A DNA stretch of 32,000 bases, from positions 3,090,001 to 3,122,000 of the forward strand of contig NZ_LN885086.1 of the NCBI RefSeq assembly GCF_001458695.1, written 5' to 3'. The stretch is from Candidatus Nitrospira inopinata (GTDB lineage: Bacteria; Nitrospirota; Nitrospiria; Nitrospirales; Nitrospiraceae). Below, piece by piece: positions 15,771-23,575 of the stretch. The notes below the pieces were generated by a model, which did not search any database, was not told where the DNA came from, and saw only the letters and a list, made by a program, of their open reading frames with translations. The position numbers and the translations under genes were made by a program. Position 1 is the first letter of the stretch. Each line of letters starts with the position of its first letter.

Positions 15771-17171
15771 CTACCGTTCCCGAAGACTCTCGTTGACGGC
15801 CTTGAGGAGAGGACTCAGCAGGTATTCGACGACGCGACGCTGTCCCGTCTTGATCTCCACCGTCACCGCCATACCGGCCGACAGGCGCACGGGTTTGCCG
15901 TCGACATTGATGGTGTCGCGATCCAGACTCACCCTCGTCGGATACACCAGTCCCACCTGCTCCACCGGCACCGCGTCATCGGACACGACCAAAACCCGTC
16001 CCGGGACCGTTCCATAGAGCGTGAACGGAAAGGTCGCGACCTTGACTTCGACCGGCTGTCCCTCTTTCACGAAGCCCACATCCTTGTTCTCGACTTGGGC
16101 CTCGACTTCGAGGGCATGTTCCTGCGGGACGATCAGCAACAGTTGCTGAGCCGGCGTCACGACCCCGCCGACCGTGTGCACGGCCAACTGTTGGACGACC
16201 CCGTCGATGGGCGCCGAGAGCCGCTGCAACTCGGCTTTTTGACCCGCCTTGGTGGCCTCCTGCGCCAGCGAGACGATCTTCGTTTCGAGCGCAGCGAGTT
16301 CCGCCTGACGCGCCTGCTGAAATTCGGCCACCGTCGCTCGATAGTGTTTTTCGGCCTCTTCGAGCGCCGCGAGATCCTGTTGCAGTTTCTTCCGCTGAAC
16401 GGCCAGCTCCTGCGTCCGCTCGATCCGCTGAGCCTCGGCTTGCAGAAAATCCATTCTCGTCGCCGCCTCATGTTCCAGCAACCGCTTGAGGGTCTCGGCC
16501 CGCTCCTCTTCGATCGGCACCATCGCCTCCAAACGACGAATCTGCTCCCTGGTCTGTTCGACCGCGGCCCGGCGTTGCTGAATCTGTTGTCGAGCGACCT
16601 CCACCTTCGCCTGATACTCGTCCAATTGATCGCGCAGCAATCGCCGCTGGAGCTGCGCGAACCGTTCATCCGCATCCGTCGGCGCCTCGAAGAAATCCCG
16701 GCCGGCCACCAACGCCCGCAGCCGCGCCGCCTCGACCTTCGCCGCCCGAAGCTCGTTGAGCGCACGATCGCGGTCGGCGCGGTTGAGCGTGGGATCGAGC
16801 TCGATCAGCACGTCGCCCTTTCTCACGGTCTGCCCGTCCTGCACGTGGATCGCCGCGATCACGCCCGTTTCATAGGGTTGAATGACCTTGGAATACCCGC
16901 TGGGAATGATCTTGCCTTGCGCCGTCGCGACGATGTCGATCCAGCCGAGGGCGGCCCAGAGCGACCCGGCGGCGAAGAGCGCCAAAATGGTCCAGAGAAT
17001 GGCGCGGCCGATGGGCGGAGGCGGGGCCTGCTCGATTTCCAAGACCGCCGGCAAAAACTCCATCGCCCGGCGGTCCGGCGTCCGCGCGGAAGCGGCGTCT
17101 CCCGACGGGCCTTCCCTCTCGGCCCTCCACGCCTCTTTCCATATCGCCCAATGACGGCCCAGCGTCGTCAT
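15771..17171 (-). CDS. HlyD-family type I secretion periplasmic adaptor
   Basis: N-terminal FLPAVLEIEQAPPPPIGR followed by one TM helix, a lipoyl-like domain (GKIIPSGYSKVIQPYETGVI), a long coiled coil, and a C-terminal beta-barrel ending LLSPL. Confidence 0.92.
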   Translation of the reverse strand: MTTLGRHWAIWKEAWRAEREGPSGDAASARTPDRRAMEFLPAVLEIEQAPPPPIGRAILWTILALFAAGSLWAALGWIDIVATAQGKIIPSGYSKVIQPYETGVIAAIHVQDGQTVRKGDVLIELDPTLNRADRDRALNELRAAKVEAARLRALVAGRDFFEAPTDADERFAQLQRRLLRDQLDEYQAKVEVARQQIQQRRAAVEQTREQIRRLEAMVPIEEERAETLKRLLEHEAATRMDFLQAEAQRIERTQELAVQRKKLQQDLAALEEAEKHYRATVAEFQQARQAELAALETKIVSLAQEATKAGQKAELQRLSAPIDGVVQQLAVHTVGGVVTPAQQLLLIVPQEHALEVEAQVENKDVGFVKEGQPVEVKVATFPFTLYGTVPGRVLVVSDDAVPVEQVGLVYPTRVSLDRDTINVDGKPVRLSAGMAVTVEIKTGQRRVVEYLLSPLLKAVNESLRER

Positions 17172-17174
17172 GCG

Positions 17175-19358
17175 TCAACCTCCGTATCCTCCGGCCACCC
17201 TGGTTTGGTAGGCGTGGAGCCTGGCGTACAACCCGCCGGCCCGCAGCAATTCGTCATGAGAACCTTGCTCGATGATTTCTCCCCGCTCGACGACGTAGAT
17301 CCGGTGGGCTGGCCGCACCGTGCTCAACCGGTGGGCGATGATGATCACCGTTCGCCCCTTGGCGATCAGCGCCGTGTTGCGCTGGATGACGGCTTCGGAT
17401 TCATAGTCCAGGGCGCTGGTCGCTTCGTCGAAAATAAGGATGCGCGGATCCGCAATCAACGCCCGCGCGATCGCGATCCGCTGGCGCTGTCCGCCGGACA
17501 GCGAACAGCCCTGTTCGCCGATCACCGTGTCGTATCCCTCCGGCAACTCCAGAATGAATTCGTGCGCCCCGGCCAGCTTTGCGGCCTGAATCACCCGCTC
17601 CATGGACGAGCCGGGATCGGTCAGCGCGATATTGTCGCGCACCGATCGGTTGAAGAGAAAGTTCTCCTGCAACACCACGCCGACGTGCCGGCGCAACCAG
17701 GCCGGATCGACCTGCGCCAAGTCCACGCCGTCCACCAGCACGCGGCCCCGCTCCGGCACGTAGAGCCGTTGAATCAATTTCGCGATCGTGCTCTTCCCGG
17801 ACCCGGATCGCCCCACCAAGCCGACCACCTGCCCCGGCTCCACGACGAACGAAACTTTGCGCAGCACCTCCGGCCCGTCAGGCCGATAGCGGAACGTCAC
17901 ATCTTCGAACGAGACGCGTCCCGCCACGCGAGGCAACGTCGTCCGATTCGGATTGTAGGACGGCTCCGGCTGGGCGTTGAGCACGTCGCCCAACCGTTGC
18001 ACGGAAATCCCCACCTGCTGAAACTCCTGCCACAGGTTCACGAGCCGCAACAATGGTCCCGTCACTTGCGCCGCCAGCATGTTGAAGGCGATCAACTGCC
18101 CGATGCTGAGCTCGCCCCCGATGACCCGATAGGCGCCGACCCAGAGAATGGCCACCGTCGTGAGTTTTTGGACGGCGGTCGCCGCCTGTCCGGCGATCGT
18201 AATCAAGTTGGTCGCGCGGAAACTCGCCCGCACGTACCCGGCCAACTGCTCGTCCCACCGCCGCTGCAACGGAGGCTCGACGGCCATCGCCTTCACGGTC
18301 TGGATGCCGGTGACCGTTTCCACGAGAAACGCCTGGTTCTCCGCTCCCCGATTGAACTTCTCGTGCAACCGGGCTCGGATGGCCGGCGTGATGACGAGAG
18401 ACAGCCCGGCATAGAAAGGCAACGATGCAGCCACGACCAGCGTGAGCATCGGACTGTACAGCCACATCACGGCGAGAAAGACGGCCATGAAAAACAGGTC
18501 GAGCACCACCGTGACCGAGTTGCTCGTCAGAAACTGGCGGATGTGCTCCAGCTCGCGGACGCGGGCCACCGTGTCGCCGACCCGCCGCGCCTCGAAGTAG
18601 GCGAGCGGCAGCGCCAAGATGTGGCGGAACAGTTGCGCGCCGAGCCCCACGTCGATGCGGTTCGTCGTATGGGCGAAGAGGTAGGTGCGGAGGCCGCCGA
18701 GGACCGCCTCGAAGATCACGAGCGCGACCATGCCGATCGCGAGCACGTGGAGCGTCGTGAACCCCCTGTGCACCAGCACCTTGTCGATCACGACCTGCGT
18801 GAACAGCGGAGTCAGCAGACCGAACAGTTGAAGAACAAACGAAGCGACCAGCACCTCGCCGAGCAACTTTCGATATTTGACGATGGCGGGGATGAACCAA
18901 GCGAAGTCGAACTTCAGATCCTGCGGACGCAGATGGGCCCGTTTCGTAAAGAGCAGCACTTCGCCGCTCCAAAGCGCCTCGAACCGGTCGCGGGACAGGA
19001 CCAGCGGACGCGCCTCGACCGGGTCCTGCACCAACACCTTCTGTTCGTCGGCCTTGGCCAAGACCAGGTAACGGCCGTCGGCCCGCCGGACCATGGCGGG
19101 AAGCGGAAGAGTCGGCAACTTGTCCCACCTGACCGTTATGCGGCCCGCCTTGAGCCCCAAATGTTTCGCGGCGCGCACGAGATCCGTCGGAGACAGAGGC
19201 TCGTTCAACCGCGCGAACTGATGGCGCAGTTGCGACGCGTCGGCGGGCAGGTCGTAGAACCGAGCGAGAATCAGCAGACAGAGCAACCCGGTGTCCGCGA
19301 CCGCCGAAGACGGCTGGGATGAATCAGACGGAGAAGCGGCGTTGGCGTCATCCGGCAT
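17175..19358 (-). CDS. HlyB-family type I secretion ABC transporter (C39-like domain + TMD + NBD)
   Basis: Close by-eye match to E. coli HlyB (KFDFAWFIPAIVKYRK, VIDKVLVHRGFTTL, FEARRVGDTVARVRELE). Walker A GRSGSGKST, signature LSGGQRQR, Walker B ILIFDEATSALD. In the N-terminal C39-like domain, the residue aligning with the catalytic Cys is Thr (ADTGLL versus HlyB IDYGLY). Confidence 0.92.
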   Translation of the reverse strand: MPDDANAASPSDSSQPSSAVADTGLLCLLILARFYDLPADASQLRHQFARLNEPLSPTDLVRAAKHLGLKAGRITVRWDKLPTLPLPAMVRRADGRYLVLAKADEQKVLVQDPVEARPLVLSRDRFEALWSGEVLLFTKRAHLRPQDLKFDFAWFIPAIVKYRKLLGEVLVASFVLQLFGLLTPLFTQVVIDKVLVHRGFTTLHVLAIGMVALVIFEAVLGGLRTYLFAHTTNRIDVGLGAQLFRHILALPLAYFEARRVGDTVARVRELEHIRQFLTSNSVTVVLDLFFMAVFLAVMWLYSPMLTLVVAASLPFYAGLSLVITPAIRARLHEKFNRGAENQAFLVETVTGIQTVKAMAVEPPLQRRWDEQLAGYVRASFRATNLITIAGQAATAVQKLTTVAILWVGAYRVIGGELSIGQLIAFNMLAAQVTGPLLRLVNLWQEFQQVGISVQRLGDVLNAQPEPSYNPNRTTLPRVAGRVSFEDVTFRYRPDGPEVLRKVSFVVEPGQVVGLVGRSGSGKSTIAKLIQRLYVPERGRVLVDGVDLAQVDPAWLRRHVGVVLQENFLFNRSVRDNIALTDPGSSMERVIQAAKLAGAHEFILELPEGYDTVIGEQGCSLSGGQRQRIAIARALIADPRILIFDEATSALDYESEAVIQRNTALIAKGRTVIIIAHRLSTVRPAHRIYVVERGEIIEQGSHDELLRAGGLYARLHAYQTRVAGGYGG

Positions 19359-19415
19359 GGGTCCATCATAGCCTGAATTCCGTGAGAGAAAAACGGCTTC
19401 TCATTTTATGATTTT

Positions 19416-19925
19416 TTGCTCCTGCCGGACGATGGGAAGCGGCATGAGATCATCGAGGGAGATCTCTTCGTGACGCTCTCTCCTATAACCCGCCACCAAC
19501 TCATCATCGGACGGTTCCTTCATCGCCTGACGACGTATCGAGAAACCCATCCAGTCGGCATGGTCTTTACCGCTCCATACGATGTCGTGCTCAGTGAAAC
19601 CGATATCGTTCAACCCGATCTGCTCCTTGCGTTGCAGACAGGCCGTGCCGTCATGACCGAGAAGAACCTCCAGGGGCCGCCCGACTTGATCCTCGAAGTG
19701 CTGTCGCCAAGCACCGCGGCTCGTGACCGCGAATTGAAACGCAAACGATACGAACACTTCGGCGTGCGGAAGTATTGGCCGATCGACCCGGATGCCAACA
19801 GCCTTGATATGTTGGCATTGCAGGACGGGCACTATGCGCATGTCGGCCGGACAATACGCCCGGCCGAATGTGCGTCAATCCTCCGACCCGATCTCGTGTC
19901 AGACCTTGGCTCCCTCCTGCAGTAA
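19416..19925 (+). CDS. Uma2 family (DUF820) putative endonuclease, copy 2, with TTG start / clipped N-terminus
   Basis: LLPDDGKRHEIIEGD, VQPDLLL and PDLILEVLSPSTAARDRELKRKRYEHFGVRKYWPIDP parallel copy 1. Homology (FSFYDF) continues upstream of the only available start (TTG 19416), up to an in-frame TGA at 19383. Confidence 0.75.
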   Translation: MLLPDDGKRHEIIEGDLFVTLSPITRHQLIIGRFLHRLTTYRETHPVGMVFTAPYDVVLSETDIVQPDLLLALQTGRAVMTEKNLQGPPDLILEVLSPSTAARDRELKRKRYEHFGVRKYWPIDPDANSLDMLALQDGHYAHVGRTIRPAECASILRPDLVSDLGSLLQ

Positions 19926-20014
19926 CCGACTCCCCCTTCCCAACCGTTTACCTCTTACCTCGCTTTTCTTATTTTCTTTCTCATTCTTCTCTGTGCCGTT
20001 CACGTGTCATATCT

Positions 20015-23000
20015 TCATGCTTGCCAATGCGCGGCGAGGATCGCCTGAAACTGAGCCTGGTGCCCGCCGGTGCCGGCGCCGGTGGCCGCCGCCTCCCAGG
20101 CGAGGCCGGTGTCGGTCGTAAAGGTCGCCATGGCTTGGAGAAGCTGATGGACCTGCGCGGCGTGCAGCACCTGGCCCCCGGCTTCGAGGGTCTCGACCTG
20201 GTTATCCGGCCCGCGGAACCAGTCCCGGATCGTCACCGAATCCCGGCCGCCGGCCACGAGCACGCGCAGGTCGTCGGCCTGCCGACTCAGGATGAGGTCG
20301 GAGGGGCCACGGTCGCCTTCGAACACCAGCCGATCCGCCGTGCCCCCACGCTCGACGATCACGTCGCGGCCGTCGCCCGGCGCGACGCGATAGGTGTCGT
20401 TGCCCCGCCCGCCCACCAGATAGTCGTCCCCCCCGCGTCCGATCAACACATTGTCGCCGTCATTGCCCTGGAGCACGTTGCCCAACTCGTTGCCGACGCC
20501 GGTCAGGGTGTCCGTGCCCAGGAGGATCAGATCTTCCACGTGCGCGCCCAGGGTATAGTCGATCGTGGCTCGGACCGTCTCGAGTCCGCCGGCGTCGGTC
20601 TCGATGACCTGATCGTCGGGATGATCGACCACATAGGTATCGTGGCCCGGGCCGCCGGTCAGGGTGTCGGCCCCGGGACCGCCGTCCAGATAGTCATCGC
20701 CGGGGCCGCCCAGCAGGGTATCGGCGCCCGCGCCGCCCTCCAGCCGGTCATGGCCCCGGCCGCCGGTGAGCCGATCGTCGCCGGCCTGCCCGAGCAGGTG
20801 ATCAGGGCCCGCCCCGCCGGTGAGCCGATCGGGCCCCTCGGTGCCGACCCGCGGCGGCCGGAGCCTGGGAGAAGGGGCCAGGCCCGTGCCGTTCGCCCGT
20901 GCCGCGGCGCTCAGCCGCGCCGCCGCCGCCGGCACGGCGCCGGCCGCGATGGCGATCACTTCGATGTCGGTCGCGGCAATGGTTGGACGGGTGGTCAGCG
21001 TGGCAATCTGGACGGGGGCCGCGGCTCCGGTCCCGTCGGGATCGTAGAAGAGGTCCCCCGTGGTGGTGTTGTAGAGGATCCGCTGCGCGGCACTGTCCGC
21101 GCTGGTCACCCCGGCCCCGCTGCGCAAGGCTTGCACGGACACCGTGCCTAGCGGCAGGGCGCGAAAGATGGCCTGGCTCAAGACGATTCGGTCGGCGGCC
21201 GGTTGAAAATCGGTGATCTCCTCGATGTTGGTTGCGGCCGCAAGCGGCGCATACAAGACGAACTGATCGTTGCCCGCCCCGCCGGTGAGCCGATCATGCC
21301 CCGTGCCGCCCCAGAGTTGGTCGTCGCCCGTGCCCCCGTCGAGCACGTCGTGCCCCGCCCCGCCAAAGAGCCGGTCGTTGCCCGCCCCGCCCCGCACCAG
21401 ATCGCTCCCGCCTCTGCCGTCCAGCAGGTTGTGCCCGCTGTTGCCCTGGAGCAGGTTGCCACTGGCGTTGCCGACGCCGGTCAAATCCTGGTCTTCCCCA
21501 GGCGGCCGGTCGGTCAGGATGAGATCCTCAAGCGTAGGCCCCAGGGTGAACGAGAGACTGGCCAAGACGGTGTCGGTGCCCCCCACGCCGGTCTCGACGA
21601 TCTTGTCGCCCGCGTGATCCACGACATAGGTGTCGCTCCCGTTGCCGCCGGTCAGGGTGTCGGCCCCGGAGCCGCCGTCCAGATAGTCATCGCCGGGGCC
21701 GCCCAGCAGGGTATCGGCGCCCGCGCCGCCCACGAGAAGATCCGCCCCGGGCCCGCCGGTCAGCACGTCGTTGCCGCCCGCGCCATCCACCGTGAGGAAC
21801 GAATGGGCCCCCACAAAGAGCCGGTCGGGCCCCTCGGTGCCGGTCACGGTCAGCCCCACCGGCGCGCCGGTCGCATCATACCGCTGGGCATAGACGCCCC
21901 GGCCGGAGCCGTCCTGGCCATTCGACGTCCAGGCCACGACGAAGCCCCCATCCGCGAGAGCCGTGACGGTCGGCTGGGACTGACTATCGGCCGTGACGGT
22001 GTTGACCCGAAATTCCGCCCCCACTGGTTGGCCGCCGGCATTGTACCGCTGGGCATAGATGCCAGAGCCGGAGCCGTCCTGGCCAACGGATGTCCAGGCC
22101 ACGACGAAGCCCCCATCCGCCAGGGCCGTGATGGTGGGCTCGAACTGACTATTGGCCGTGACGGTGTTGACCTGAAATTCCGCCCCCACCGGTTGGCCGC
22201 CGGCATTGTACCGCTGGGCATAGATGCCACCAACGGAGCCGTCCTGGCCATTCGACGTCCAGGCCACGACGAAGCCCCCATCCGCGAGAGCCGTGACGGT
22301 CGGCTGGGACTGACTATCGGCCGTGACGGTGTTGACCCGAAATTCCGCCCCCACTGGTTGGCCGCCGGCATTGTACCGCTGGGCATAGATGCCAGAGCCG
22401 GAGCCGTCCTGGCCAACGGATGTCCAGGCCACGACGAAGCCCCCATCCGCCAGGGCCGTGATGGTGGGCTCGAACTGACTATTGGCCGTGACGGTGTTGA
22501 CCTGAAATTCCGCCCCCACCGGTTGGCCGCCGGCATTGTACCGCTGGGCATAGATGCCACCAACGGAGCCGTCCTGGCCATTCGACGTCCAGGCCACGAC
22601 GAAGCCCCCATCCGCGAGAGCCGTGACGGTCGGCTGGGACTGACTATCGGCCGTGACGGTGTTGACCCGAAATTCCGCCCCCACTGGTTGGCCGCCGGCA
22701 TTGTACCGCTGGGCATAGACGCCCAAGCTGCTGGGAGTGGAGCCGTCCTGGCCGAATGACGTCCAGGTCACGACGAAGCCCCCGTCGGCGAGAGCCGTGA
22801 CGGTGGGGTCGAACTGATCGTTGGCCGTGACGGTGTTGACCCGAAACTCCGCCCCCACCGGCCGGCCGCCGGCATTGTACCGCTGGGCATAGATGCCACC
22901 AACGGAGCCGTCCTGGCCGAATGACGACCAGGCCACGACGAAGCCCCCGTCCGCCAGGGCCGTGACGGTCGGCTGGTCCTGACCACTGGCCGTGACGGTG

Positions 23001-23293
23001 TTGACCCGAACTTCTCCGCCCGTGACGGTGAGCCGAGTATCGCCGAACCGCAGCTCCTCGATCCCGCGCAGTCGGTCCCGCCCCTCGTCGCCGTCGGCCC
23101 CGTTGCGATCCGTCACCGTGAGCCAGCCCCCCTCGGTGCCCAAGAGATAGCCCTCCGCCACGCCGCCGTAGAGCGCGAGGTCCCGTCCCTCCCCGCCCTC
23201 CAGCTCGTCGTCGCCGCCCCGCCCCGTCAAGACATCGTCTTCGCTCGTGCCCCGCACCCGATCAGAGCCGTTTGTGCCTACAATGATCGCCAT
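20015..23293 (-). CDS. Large RTX-type calcium-binding protein P1 (1092 aa): N-terminal RTX repeats, 7 x 55-aa repeats, two RTX blocks, HCBP-related-like C-terminal module
   Basis: Many GGxGxDxL nonapeptides. There is no signal peptide, and SD AGGAGGG lies before ATG 23293. It lies ~650 bp upstream of the T1SS genes on the same strand. Confidence 0.9.
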   Translation of the reverse strand: MAIIVGTNGSDRVRGTSEDDVLTGRGGDDELEGGEGRDLALYGGVAEGYLLGTEGGWLTVTDRNGADGDEGRDRLRGIEELRFGDTRLTVTGGEVRVNTVTASGQDQPTVTALADGGFVVAWSSFGQDGSVGGIYAQRYNAGGRPVGAEFRVNTVTANDQFDPTVTALADGGFVVTWTSFGQDGSTPSSLGVYAQRYNAGGQPVGAEFRVNTVTADSQSQPTVTALADGGFVVAWTSNGQDGSVGGIYAQRYNAGGQPVGAEFQVNTVTANSQFEPTITALADGGFVVAWTSVGQDGSGSGIYAQRYNAGGQPVGAEFRVNTVTADSQSQPTVTALADGGFVVAWTSNGQDGSVGGIYAQRYNAGGQPVGAEFQVNTVTANSQFEPTITALADGGFVVAWTSVGQDGSGSGIYAQRYNAGGQPVGAEFRVNTVTADSQSQPTVTALADGGFVVAWTSNGQDGSGRGVYAQRYDATGAPVGLTVTGTEGPDRLFVGAHSFLTVDGAGGNDVLTGGPGADLLVGGAGADTLLGGPGDDYLDGGSGADTLTGGNGSDTYVVDHAGDKIVETGVGGTDTVLASLSFTLGPTLEDLILTDRPPGEDQDLTGVGNASGNLLQGNSGHNLLDGRGGSDLVRGGAGNDRLFGGAGHDVLDGGTGDDQLWGGTGHDRLTGGAGNDQFVLYAPLAAATNIEEITDFQPAADRIVLSQAIFRALPLGTVSVQALRSGAGVTSADSAAQRILYNTTTGDLFYDPDGTGAAAPVQIATLTTRPTIAATDIEVIAIAAGAVPAAAARLSAAARANGTGLAPSPRLRPPRVGTEGPDRLTGGAGPDHLLGQAGDDRLTGGRGHDRLEGGAGADTLLGGPGDDYLDGGPGADTLTGGPGHDTYVVDHPDDQVIETDAGGLETVRATIDYTLGAHVEDLILLGTDTLTGVGNELGNVLQGNDGDNVLIGRGGDDYLVGGRGNDTYRVAPGDGRDVIVERGGTADRLVFEGDRGPSDLILSRQADDLRVLVAGGRDSVTIRDWFRGPDNQVETLEAGGQVLHAAQVHQLLQAMATFTTDTGLAWEAAATGAGTGGHQAQFQAILAAHWQA
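21853..23014 (-). repeat. Seven tandem 165-bp (55-aa) coding repeats in P1
   Basis: Consensus unit VNTVTAxSQxxPTVTALADGGFVVAWTSxGQDGSxxGIYAQRYNAGGQPVGAEFR. Seven VNTVTA units were counted, and one unit carries a 2-aa insertion. Confidence 0.85.
21905..22719 (-). repeat. 815 bp of perfectly periodic DNA (330-bp period, 2.47 copies) inside the P1 repeat array
   Basis: 21905-22389 is base-for-base identical to 22235-22719, checked line by line. The first mismatches are at 21904/22234 and 22390/22720. Confidence 0.9.
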
Positions 23294-23575
23294 GGGACCC
23301 TCCTGTGTGTGTGAGAAGAAGAGTGGTGGCTGCTGATTCAGTGTTCTGTCGGGAATGGCTGGTTTTTGTGCGGAACTATAGGGTGTTCACACGGCGATCC
23401 ACAACCCTACCAAAGGATAGTGGTCGCTCACGCCAGAGGGGAGTCGAACGAAGACAATCACAAAGACAATGCCGGATGGCCGGTCCGGGGACGACGAGAA
23501 GGGAGCATGCCCAGGGGTCGCTCCCCCGTCATCCCCCTGGGCCAGAGATGCGATGCACCGTGGTTTGCTGGATCG

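Noticed and set aside
16095-19322. 1075-aa plus-strand ORF, with similar long ORFs at 19868-21151, 21203-22759, 23366-25051, 26475-28022, 13540-14637, 14749-15585, 11452-12378, 12442-13509 and 7114-8154
   Set aside because: All are antisense or alternate-frame shadows of confidently identified genes in GC-rich DNA. Their translations are Arg/Pro/Gly/His-rich low-complexity strings with no motifs, whereas the opposite-strand products have clear family signatures.
17175-19358. Active C39 bacteriocin-processing peptidase domain on the ABC transporter
   Set aside because: By alignment with HlyB and ComA-type sequences, the catalytic Cys position is Thr (ADTGLL). The putative substrates have no double-glycine leader. 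It is therefore treated as a non-catalytic C39-like domain.
21853-23014. Regularly spaced repeats considered as a possible CRISPR array
   Set aside because: The repeats are contiguous 165/330-bp units with no unique spacers. They are in frame inside a long ORF and encode a conserved protein repeat. No cas genes are present.
23294-23575. Small ORFs and promoter in the P2-P1 intergenic region (ORFs 23305-23700 + and 23458-23778 -; minus-strand TATAGT at 23375-23380; hairpin 23509-23542)
   Set aside because: The ORFs are Arg-rich and overlap the P2 3' end. The -10-like hexamer has only a weak -35 (TTGTGG at 18-bp spacing), and the hairpin has a 16-nt loop. This is too weak to call features, though a P1 promoter and a P2 terminator probably lie here.
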